This document shows, in pieces, positions 1 through 6,542 of a DNA stretch of 22,253 nt. A model generated the notes under the pieces. The model was not told the origin of the DNA, ran no database searches, and saw only the letters and a list, made by a program, of their open reading frames with translations. The position numbers and the translations under genes were made by a program. The DNA comes from Pseudomonadota bacterium (GTDB taxonomy: Bacteria > Bdellovibrionota_G > JALEGL01 > DATDPG01): contig JAZDIZ010000071.1 in the NCBI GenBank assembly GCA_043804515.1, forward strand, positions 1-22,253, read 5' to 3'. Within the stretch, counting starts at the first letter, position 1. Each line of letters begins with the position of its first letter.

Positions 1-1
1 G

Positions 2-1372
2 CTCGCGGACGCCCCTCCCCCCGGCACGAAAGAGGGGGAGATGATCCGGGACGGCTACGACGCCGGCTTGGACGAACTCCGCGCTCTCATGCGCGGCGGA
101 CGAAGCTGGATCGCACGGTTGGAAGCTCAAGAGAGGGAGCGCACGGGGATCTCTTCGCTCAAGATCGCGTACAACCGGGTGTTCGGTTACTACCTGGAGG
201 TCACGCGCACGCATCTTGCGAAAGTGCCGCCGGAGTATCAACGCAAGCAAACACTGGCCAACGCCGAACGGTACGTGACTCCCGAACTCAAGGAGCAGGA
301 AGACCGGATCCTGTCGGCTGAGGAAAAAAGCTTCCGCCTGGAATTCGAGCTGTTCGAAAATTTAAGAAAACGCGTCGCTGAGGCCACGCGGTCGCTCCAG
401 CGTCTGGCGGGCGCATTGGCGGATCTGGACATGCTTTGCTCCCTGGCCCGCGTGGCCGCTCGTTATCGGTACTGCCGCCCCCGCATGCACGAGGGGACTT
501 CCATCCGGATCAAAGCCGGCCGGCATCCGGTGGTGGAACGCTTCATGGAGGGGGAGCCGTTCGTACCGAACGACACCGATCTGGACTGCGAAGAGCGGCA
601 GATCGTGATTCTCACCGGGCCCAACATGTCCGGGAAATCCACGATCATGCGGCAGGTGGGCTTGATCACGCTCCTGGCGCAGACGGGATCGTTCGTGCCC
701 GCCGAGGAAGCCGAGATCGGCGTAGTGGATCGCATTTTCACGCGCGTCGGCGCCTCGGACGACGTGGCCCGGGGAAGATCCACATTCATGGTGGAGATGA
801 GCGAGACGGCCAACATTCTTCGGAACGCGACGGAAAGATCGCTGGTTCTCCTGGATGAGATCGGCCGGGGCACGAGCACGTTCGACGGCCTGGCGATCGC
901 CTGGGCGGTGACCGAGGATCTCCATGACCGCGTCGGGGCGAAGACGATCTTCGCCACGCACTATCACGAGCTCACGGACCTGGTCCGCACAAAACCCCGC
1001 GTGCGGAATATGAACGTGTCCGTGAAAGAGTGGGGGGAGAAAATCGTGTTCCTCCACACGCTGAACGAGGGAGCCGTGAACCGGAGTTACGGAATCGAGG
1101 TGGCCCGACTCGCGGGAGTCCCCGACGCGGTGATCGCGAGGGCCCGCACGATTCTTAGGAACCTGGAAAAGGGAGAGTTGGACGCACTGGGTCGGCCCGT
1201 TCTGGCGGAGGCCGAGGAGCAGGGAAAAACCACCCAGGGGCAAATGGAACTCTTTCGGAGGTTGGGGGACGAGCTGCTTGCGGAATTGGGGCGCGTGCAT
1301 CCCGACGAACTCACGCCCCGGCAAGCCCTGGATCTCCTGTTTGCCTGGCGCGAGCGCTTCCGCCCGCGGTAG
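2..1372 (+). CDS. mutS: DNA mismatch repair protein MutS (5' truncated by the window edge)
   Basis: The frame is open from position 2 (LADAPPPARKEGEMIRDGYD...). It shows MutS clamp and ATPase motifs YNRVFGYYLEV, QTLANAERY, GRHPVVE, TGPNMSGKST (Walker A), STFMVEM, LLDEIGRGTST (Walker B), FATHYHEL and SYGIEVARLAG. TAG is at 1370-1372. Confidence 0.99.
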   Translation, partial: LADAPPPGTKEGEMIRDGYDAGLDELRALMRGGRSWIARLEAQERERTGISSLKIAYNRVFGYYLEVTRTHLAKVPPEYQRKQTLANAERYVTPELKEQEDRILSAEEKSFRLEFELFENLRKRVAEATRSLQRLAGALADLDMLCSLARVAARYRYCRPRMHEGTSIRIKAGRHPVVERFMEGEPFVPNDTDLDCEERQIVILTGPNMSGKSTIMRQVGLITLLAQTGSFVPAEEAEIGVVDRIFTRVGASDDVARGRSTFMVEMSETANILRNATERSLVLLDEIGRGTSTFDGLAIAWAVTEDLHDRVGAKTIFATHYHELTDLVRTKPRVRNMNVSVKEWGEKIVFLHTLNEGAVNRSYGIEVARLAGVPDAVIARARTILRNLEKGELDALGRPVLAEAEEQGKTTQGQMELFRRLGDELLAELGRVHPDELTPRQALDLLFAWRERFRPR

Positions 1373-1378
1373 GAAAGC

Positions 1379-1387
1379 TGCTATAAT
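1379..1387 (+). promoter_or_regulatory. Extended -10 sigma70-type promoter element (TGcTATAAT) upstream of the amidase gene
   Basis: A perfect TGnTATAAT lies in the 49-bp gap between mutS and the amidase, ending 34 nt before ATG 1422. No consensus -35 is present. Confidence 0.6.
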
Positions 1388-1421
1388 CCGCTCGGTCTCG
1401 TTTCTGAACCTGCGGTCGTTT

Positions 1422-3200
1422 ATGCGAACACGTTACGTGTCATGGATCCCCCTCGCGGGATTCTTCGTCTCCGTGGCTCTTGCCGCCCCCGGGGATCGTT
1501 TGTTCCAACGCGGCCGTGCAGAGTTCTTCTCTGCCCAGAGCATTTCAGATGCGGCAACCCGCCGCACGAAACTGAAACGGGCTATTTCGGATCTACGCAA
1601 ATTCGCGGAGCGGAATCCCAATCACGCCCAACGCCCGGCCGCTCTTTTCGACCTGGGATCGGCGTATGAAGGTCTTGCGGATCCCGGAACCGACCGCGAA
1701 GACGCGGTGAGGGCTTTGGGTTACTACCGGGAACTTGTTCGCTCCTACCCTCGGAACGGTCTGGCCGATGACGCCCTGTACCGCATCGCCGAGATCTGTG
1801 CCCGTGTGTTCAAGGACGCAGCCTGCTCGGAACAGGCCCGCTCCAAAATCCGGGGCCAATACGCGGACGGCGATATGGTTCGGCTCCTCGCACCGGCTCA
1901 TGCTCCATCGCGCAAACCGGAGAACGTTGCGGCAAACGAAAATCAGCCTCGTGCGGACGCCGAGGCTCCGCGTTCCGATCCGGTTCCCGGTGCCGCCGCG
2001 ACGGCCAAACTGAAGGATGCGAGAGTGGAACGGCTTCCATCGGAAATCGTGATCCGGCTGATCCTGGACGGGGAACCCAAGGTCTTTCATTCCGATCGTC
2101 TGGTCGCCGACCCGGAGCTCAAGCTTCCGGAGCGTTTTTATGTGGATTTGGACCAGGCCCGGGCGGGGCCTTCGGTGAAAGCGCCCGAGTTTTCGGACTC
2201 GGATCCGGTGATGCAACTGAGGCTGGGACAAAACGGCACGGCGGCTCGCATCGTTCTGGACCTGCGTTCGGGGGGGGTGGGCGCGGCGGGCCCTTCGGCT
2301 CAATTGGAAGCCAACGAGCTTCGCATTCGCGTTCCCCGGCCCACGAGCGTAGCCACGGACACATCCGCGGCTGCGGACGCTCCGTCGGCGGACCCGGCTG
2401 CCCCCGCGGTGCAGGCTCGAACAACGGAGACCGCTGCCGTTCAACCGAAAGTGCAGGCCAAGCGAGACTCCCGGTTCAAAATCGTCCTGGATGCCGGGCA
2501 TGGCGGAGAAGACGCGGGCGCCAAGGGGAGAAAAGGCACGGAGGAAAAGGACGTCTGCCTGGCGATCGTGAAGCGCTTGGACGAGATGCTCAGAAAGCGG
2601 CCCGAATACGATGTCTATCTCACGAGGGACCGCGATCGGTTTGTTCCGCTCGGGGACCGGACGAAATATGCCAACCAAGTGGGAGGGGATCTCTTTATCT
2701 CCGTCCATGCGAATGCCGCCCCCCGCAAATCGGCCGAGGGGGTTTCCACCTATTTTCTGGATAACCACGACGACGAGGAATCGCTCAGGGTTGCCTTGCG
2801 GGAGAACGACGTGCCGGGAGGCGTGCCCTTGGGCAAGAGGCCCGAGTCGGACGAGCAATACCTGGAGATCATGAAATCCTCGATGGTGAAAAACTTCCAC
2901 ACCGTGCAGTCGACGGACCTGGCGCACGACATCCAGGCGTGGTTGCTCAAGGAATTGCGGCGCGGCTACAGCGGCGTGGAAAGCCTCGGCGTGAGAAGCG
3001 CGCGTTTTTATGTCCTGACGGGAGCGACCATGCCGGCGGTCCTGATCGAAACCTCCTTCATATCCAATTCAAGGGAGGAAAAGAGGCTCCGCGATCCGGG
3101 CTATCAGAAATTGGTAGCGAAAGCGGTGGTGGAAGCGATCGACCAATATTTCAAGAGCTCGGTGGGACGGGGGGACCACACGGCGCTTTATCAGAACTGA
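1422..3200 (+). CDS. N-acetylmuramoyl-L-alanine amidase (AmiC-like): signal peptide, N-terminal TPR/BamD-like repeats, AMIN-like region, Amidase_3 domain
   Basis: ATG 1422 gives a signal peptide (MRTRYVSWIPLAGFFVSVALA); the ORF-track start at 1278 overlaps mutS. TPR-like segments are AALFDLGSAY and LVRSYPRNGLADDALYRIAEI. An AMIN-like segment is ERFYVDL...QLRLGQ...ARIVLDL. Amidase_3 Zn/catalytic motifs are VLDAGHGGED, EKDVCL, FISVHAN and MPAVLIETSFISN. Confidence 0.95.
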   Translation: MRTRYVSWIPLAGFFVSVALAAPGDRLFQRGRAEFFSAQSISDAATRRTKLKRAISDLRKFAERNPNHAQRPAALFDLGSAYEGLADPGTDREDAVRALGYYRELVRSYPRNGLADDALYRIAEICARVFKDAACSEQARSKIRGQYADGDMVRLLAPAHAPSRKPENVAANENQPRADAEAPRSDPVPGAAATAKLKDARVERLPSEIVIRLILDGEPKVFHSDRLVADPELKLPERFYVDLDQARAGPSVKAPEFSDSDPVMQLRLGQNGTAARIVLDLRSGGVGAAGPSAQLEANELRIRVPRPTSVATDTSAAADAPSADPAAPAVQARTTETAAVQPKVQAKRDSRFKIVLDAGHGGEDAGAKGRKGTEEKDVCLAIVKRLDEMLRKRPEYDVYLTRDRDRFVPLGDRTKYANQVGGDLFISVHANAAPRKSAEGVSTYFLDNHDDEESLRVALRENDVPGGVPLGKRPESDEQYLEIMKSSMVKNFHTVQSTDLAHDIQAWLLKELRRGYSGVESLGVRSARFYVLTGATMPAVLIETSFISNSREEKRLRDPGYQKLVAKAVVEAIDQYFKSSVGRGDHTALYQN

Positions 3201-3210
3201 CGCCTGGCGA

Positions 3211-3903
3211 ATGTCGGCGACACAAAAACCCCTGATTCTTCTTACCGCCTCGGCCGTCGTAGCGGGCTTTGTCGGATGCATCGGACACAACGCACCCCGG
3301 TACGGAACGGTCCCGGCGCACTCCCGTAAGATCGGCGTAACCGCCGTCGGGACGGTCCCGGCAGGATGGCCGGACATGACGGCGGGATCCTTAAGAGAGC
3401 TCTATGCCTGCCAGGTAGGTGTTCTTGAGAATTCGAAGGAGTCCCCCTATCCGGTCCCAAGCGGGGCGCTTCTCCAGGCGGGCGTCCTGAATTTTGACCA
3501 GGTCCTGGTCCTCCGCGCCGGTAAGACGGACCCTCTCAATCCGATGCCGTCCGTTACGGTGTCTTTATTCAGCCTGAACCCGCTGCGATCGGAATTCGAA
3601 TTCCCGTTGCAGGTGACGAGCGAGCCGGATCATTATTTGAAACTGAGTCTCGGCCAAAGCCTCAAGGATCCGGGCCGGTTGCCCCGTGGAAGCCGGGCGC
3701 CCGTGGCCGCGGAGCTCGAAAGACGCGGTGAGCTGGAGATGGCCCGGGACGTCTTGGAGGCGGCACGGGATGACTACAAGACGACGTTCGTTCACGACAT
3801 CGCTGAGCGAAGCGAGTTGGAGCAGAAACTGGTCGATCTGGACCGTCGCATCGAAGCCGGGAAGTGTGTCTCCGGGACGACGCACGGGAAACCTACAAAC
3901 TGA
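3211..3903 (+). CDS. Hypothetical putative lipoprotein (possibly the N-terminal part of a frameshifted gene)
   Basis: It starts 10 nt after the amidase stop and has a hydrophobic N-terminus with a lipobox-like FVG-C (ILLTASAVVAGFVGC). The helical C-terminal part ends in an implausible tail that overlaps the next ORF. Confidence 0.65.
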   Translation: MSATQKPLILLTASAVVAGFVGCIGHNAPRYGTVPAHSRKIGVTAVGTVPAGWPDMTAGSLRELYACQVGVLENSKESPYPVPSGALLQAGVLNFDQVLVLRAGKTDPLNPMPSVTVSLFSLNPLRSEFEFPLQVTSEPDHYLKLSLGQSLKDPGRLPRGSRAPVAAELERRGELEMARDVLEAARDDYKTTFVHDIAERSELEQKLVDLDRRIEAGKCVSGTTHGKPTN

Positions 3904-4496
3904 CGGTCCAGAACGAGGGGATCGCCGAGCCCTATATCCGGACGTTTGAACGGATCCTGACCGAGCGGAACACGAACGCCTTTTTCGCCCAGTATTCGAC
4001 CAAACCCACGGACCTGAGGATCACGTACGATCCCGACGCCGACCGGGGCGGGATCCGCCTTCACCTGAGGTTTCTCCCGGCCTGGTACCGAAAAATGACC
4101 GCCTCGTTTCCGACGAGAATCGGGAATGTCCGCGTCGCCACGTTCCGGCCTTACTTCGACGTGATGAAGGAGCTGCTCGCCCTGCGAGAGGTCTTCTCGA
4201 AAAGCCTTCCCGCCGGGATCTCCGAGTCCGTGCTCCGTTTTCAAATCGTCCTGGCGTTGGAAAGGCCTTGCGGGGAATTCCTGGAGTTCGCGGTGGTCGC
4301 GGGCCGGCAGGAGCAGGTGCTGGATCCGTATTTTCTGTCCGTAAAAGTGAAGGGGTATGACGAGGCCACGGTCGAAGCCGCGGATAAAAGTATTTTTGAC
4401 GACACCGGCATGTTCGCCCTGGGACCCGCGAAACTCCTGAGCGGCGACCGGACCGATTTCACCGTCGTCTACGATTTCTTGGAAATCCAGCCGTAG
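3864..4496 (+). CDS. Hypothetical protein (possibly the C-terminal part of a frameshifted gene)
   Basis: This 210-aa ORF has protein-like composition and G/C-ending codons. It has a GTG start without a clear Shine-Dalgarno and overlaps the previous ORF by 40 nt. Confidence 0.65.
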   Translation: MCLRDDARETYKLTVQNEGIAEPYIRTFERILTERNTNAFFAQYSTKPTDLRITYDPDADRGGIRLHLRFLPAWYRKMTASFPTRIGNVRVATFRPYFDVMKELLALREVFSKSLPAGISESVLRFQIVLALERPCGEFLEFAVVAGRQEQVLDPYFLSVKVKGYDEATVEAADKSIFDDTGMFALGPAKLLSGDRTDFTVVYDFLEIQP

Positions 4497-4738
4497 ATTC
4501 TTCTCTATAAGGAAAGACCACTTTTTCCGTCAACGTCGGTTCACCGTGCACCACGTCCGATAATCGGGCATAGGCCTTGTCTCGTACGATTCCTAGTATC
4601 TCGAAACGAAGCCACAGTGAAAGTGACGTCCATGAGCCAGAATGTTGTTTAGAAAGGGAAGACGGGCGGCAAGAAAAGAACGTCCCCGAGACCGTCCTGT
4701 CTGCGACAGGTCGAACCCTTGGGTCTTGCGTCAACTTT

Positions 4739-4889
4739 GCGGGGTGGGCCGGTGCCGGAGCGGAGGTCAGGCGCAGGATCGCCGTGAGGGGGACACCCAT
4801 CAGGCTGATGGGGACACCCTTAAGGGTGTCCCCCATGATGCCCTGTGATGCGATCCGAGCCACGGAGCGTAGGCAGCGACCCAGCCCGC
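4739..4889. repeat. About 150-nt nested palindromic element (REP/MITE-like or structured RNA)
   Basis: The outer inverted repeat 4739-4756/4872-4889 matches 15/18. The inner stem is GGATCGC 4776-4782 / GCGATCC 4850-4856. It also contains the hairpin CCCATCAG-G-CTGATGGG 4796-4812 and a perfect 24-bp palindrome GGGGACACCCTTAAGGGTGTCCCC at 4810-4833. Confidence 0.7.
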
Positions 4890-4923
4890 CTGTACCGTGT
4901 CGTCATGCGATTTGCCTTCGACG

Positions 4924-4961
4924 GACAGGCCTGCGTTTTGCTCCAGCGCAGGTGTCTTTTT
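4924..4961 (+). terminator. Putative intrinsic terminator
   Basis: The stem GACA..CCTGCG (4924-4935) / CGCAGG-TGTC (4947-4956) is followed directly by TTTTT (4957-4961). It lies between convergent transcription units. Confidence 0.5.
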
Positions 4962-5089
4962 CGGCCCGGCCGGATTCCCTTTAGAATCACCCCCTCGGAG
5001 GCTGAAGGGCAGAACTCGCTACTAAGGCCGAGTTGAAATGAAATGGCAGGGGAGAAGGGGGGAGATCCTTCAACCCGGTTCAATTGCGG

Positions 5090-5536
5090 TTATCGTGCTT
5101 GGATGCTGCGCTCGGACGGAAAGAGCGGGCGTCCGTCCGCCCCTTGTCCTTCCATCACCGTGATTGACATCCTCGGCTTGGAGTTCTTGAGCGCCTCGCA
5201 TGCCGTGGGATCGTTCATCAGGTAACGGACCTTGTCCGGCGCGATGCTGACGGCTTCCAGGAGCTTCGTGAACGTGCCTTGGATCGTATACTGGCGCTCG
5301 ATGTCCATGACCGCCTTCGGTTTCTCCTTGAGCGGCCCCGAGAATGTCGCCTCGATGCCGAAACAGGCGTTCGAACCCGCGAGTTTTTCGCTGAGCGGCA
5401 CGATGCGCTTGAGTTCCGTCTTGGAGAACATCTCATCCTGCGATCGCGCGCTCAGAAGAACCAGCGACGCCGTTACCGCGCAGAAAACCGAGAGCCCAGT
5501 CCAAAGCAAACGCGTACTATTGAATCGTGAGGCCAT
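5090..5536 (-). CDS. Hypothetical exported or membrane-anchored protein (148 aa)
   Basis: ATG 5536 gives a basic N-terminus followed by a hydrophobic helix (MASRFNSTRLLWTGLSVFCAVTASLVLLSA). It overlaps the upstream lipoprotein stop by 20 nt, consistent with translational coupling. No family was recognised. Confidence 0.7.
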   Translation of the reverse strand: MASRFNSTRLLWTGLSVFCAVTASLVLLSARSQDEMFSKTELKRIVPLSEKLAGSNACFGIEATFSGPLKEKPKAVMDIERQYTIQGTFTKLLEAVSIAPDKVRYLMNDPTACEALKNSKPRMSITVMEGQGADGRPLFPSERSIQAR

Positions 5537-6389
5537 TGCTCTTGAACGTGTGTGAAGCGGTTCCAATCGTGTTCGTCGTGTCAATCGCTTCATTGATCGT
5601 CACCTCTAATTTGTTGCCTGCGCCCGGAAACCAGCCGAAGTAATCCGCGCTGCAGGCGTAGTCCGGAAACAGAAGATACCAGCTTCTCATCGTTGTCGTA
5701 TAGGGGTTGACCTCGGGGCCCATCGGACCAGTCTCTACGGTAACCCAACGGAAGGTCAGCAGCGAATAAGCAGTCAATTTATATGTGGCGCTGGTGATGG
5801 CCTGAAGATCCTCGTTGAAATCAACCTGCACGTAGTCAAGACACTGGCTATTCGGATTCACGAAAATCGTCCAATGTGTCACTTGCGGGGGCCCATCCAC
5901 GGAAACGATACCGCCGTAGCCCGTGAGGCTGCCGGTGGCGAAGACATACGACGTGGGCTGAATGAGCGCCGCACCCGCTCCGGACTTAAGCGTCGTGGAG
6001 ATCGAAACCTGGTATTTGGCGTTCGGATTCAGGTTCTTTGCGACGTGAGTGCAGACGTACATGTCATTGACCGTGTTCGTGGACCCGTATGAAACCGAGC
6101 AGTTGGTGGTCCAGTCCACCGTGGCACCATTCGCCGTCTCATAAATCTTGATACTGGCGTCGACCGTGCTGAGGTCCACGGAATCACTGAACAAAATGTT
6201 AATCGACGATGCGACCGGCACGCTTTCCGTGTTGGGATACGGATCGGCGTTGATGACGCGGAAACCGGAAGAAGGCCCATAGACGGTTTGCCAATAGGGG
6301 AGGGTCGATGAACCCCCGCTTCCGCAAGCGGAAAGACCCAGGATGAGCCCCAGAGCCAGCGTGGTGAGTGCGATTTTGCGACTTTCCAT
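5517..6389 (-). CDS. Lipoprotein with a bacterial Ig-like (Big_5/SbsA-like) domain
   Basis: AGGAGG lies 5 nt before the ATG. The lipobox LSA-C is followed by a GSGGSS linker. The Big_5-like pattern is FRVINADP..NTESVPVASSINILFSDSVD...LNPNAKYQVSISTTLKS..G..L...SYVFATG. The protein is Thr/Ser-rich with a second beta-rich domain. Confidence 0.85.
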   Translation of the reverse strand: MESRKIALTTLALGLILGLSACGSGGSSTLPYWQTVYGPSSGFRVINADPYPNTESVPVASSINILFSDSVDLSTVDASIKIYETANGATVDWTTNCSVSYGSTNTVNDMYVCTHVAKNLNPNAKYQVSISTTLKSGAGAALIQPTSYVFATGSLTGYGGIVSVDGPPQVTHWTIFVNPNSQCLDYVQVDFNEDLQAITSATYKLTAYSLLTFRWVTVETGPMGPEVNPYTTTMRSWYLLFPDYACSADYFGWFPGAGNKLEVTINEAIDTTNTIGTASHTFKSNGLTIQ

Positions 6390-6418
6390 ATAGCCTCCTG
6401 CCTTCTGAACCTCCTATG

Positions 6419-6435
6419 TGCAATCCGCGTGCTAG
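6419..6435 (-). promoter_or_regulatory. Sigma54-like (-24/-12) promoter candidate for the Ig-like lipoprotein operon
   Basis: The minus strand reads CTAGCACGCGGATTGCA against the consensus YTGGCACG-N4-TTGCW. Spacing is exact, but there is one mismatch in the conserved GG. It lies 29 nt upstream of ATG 6389. Confidence 0.4.
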
Positions 6436-6504
6436 CCTGGCAAAACCGCCAACCCGCTGAAAAGATTGCAAATTGTCAAAAGCCGACCCCTCGGTTGGGG
6501 GCTT

Positions 6505-6524
6505 AAAAAGCGCCTAAAAGGCGC
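6505..6524 (-). terminator. Putative intrinsic terminator of the TPR-DUF4388-phoH-ybeY-lnt-Wzz-like operon
   Basis: The minus strand reads GCGCC-TTTTA-GGCGC-TTTTT, 18 nt after the stop at 6543. Confidence 0.6.
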
Positions 6525-6542
6525 ACATGCCCCGAATATGTC

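Noticed and set aside
1278..1421. ORF-track N-terminal extension of the amidase
   Set aside because: It overlaps mutS and lies upstream of the -10 element. ATG 1422 gives a proper signal peptide.
362..2927. Long antisense ORFs opposite mutS and the amidase (362-1324, 1593-2927)
   Set aside because: These are shadow ORFs typical of high-GC coding DNA. They have no motifs and fully overlap confident genes.
3303..3362. 15-bp near-perfect direct repeat encoding GTVPA twice
   Set aside because: There are only two in-frame copies inside a CDS and no array structure, so it is not CRISPR-like.
3886..3892. GGGAAAC slippery heptamer in the ORF overlap, suggesting programmed -1 frameshifting
   Set aside because: It is out of phase: the upstream ORF reads GGG AAA C rather than G GGA AAC.
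5000..5040. CTGAAGG...hairpin...GAAA resembling a hammerhead ribozyme core
   Set aside because: The core is not CUGANGA, extra bases precede the stem, and no stem III or cleavage triplet could be placed.
4459..5083. Short ORFs across the 4.5-5.1 kb intergenic region (e.g. 4577-4984 +, 4459-4863 -)
   Set aside because: They run through the palindromic element and give mirror-image peptides on both strands, with no RBS or recognisable domain.
6474..6479. Perfect TTGACA on the minus strand upstream of the Ig-like lipoprotein
   Set aside because: No -10-like hexamer lies at 16-18 nt spacing (CGGGTT at 17 nt).
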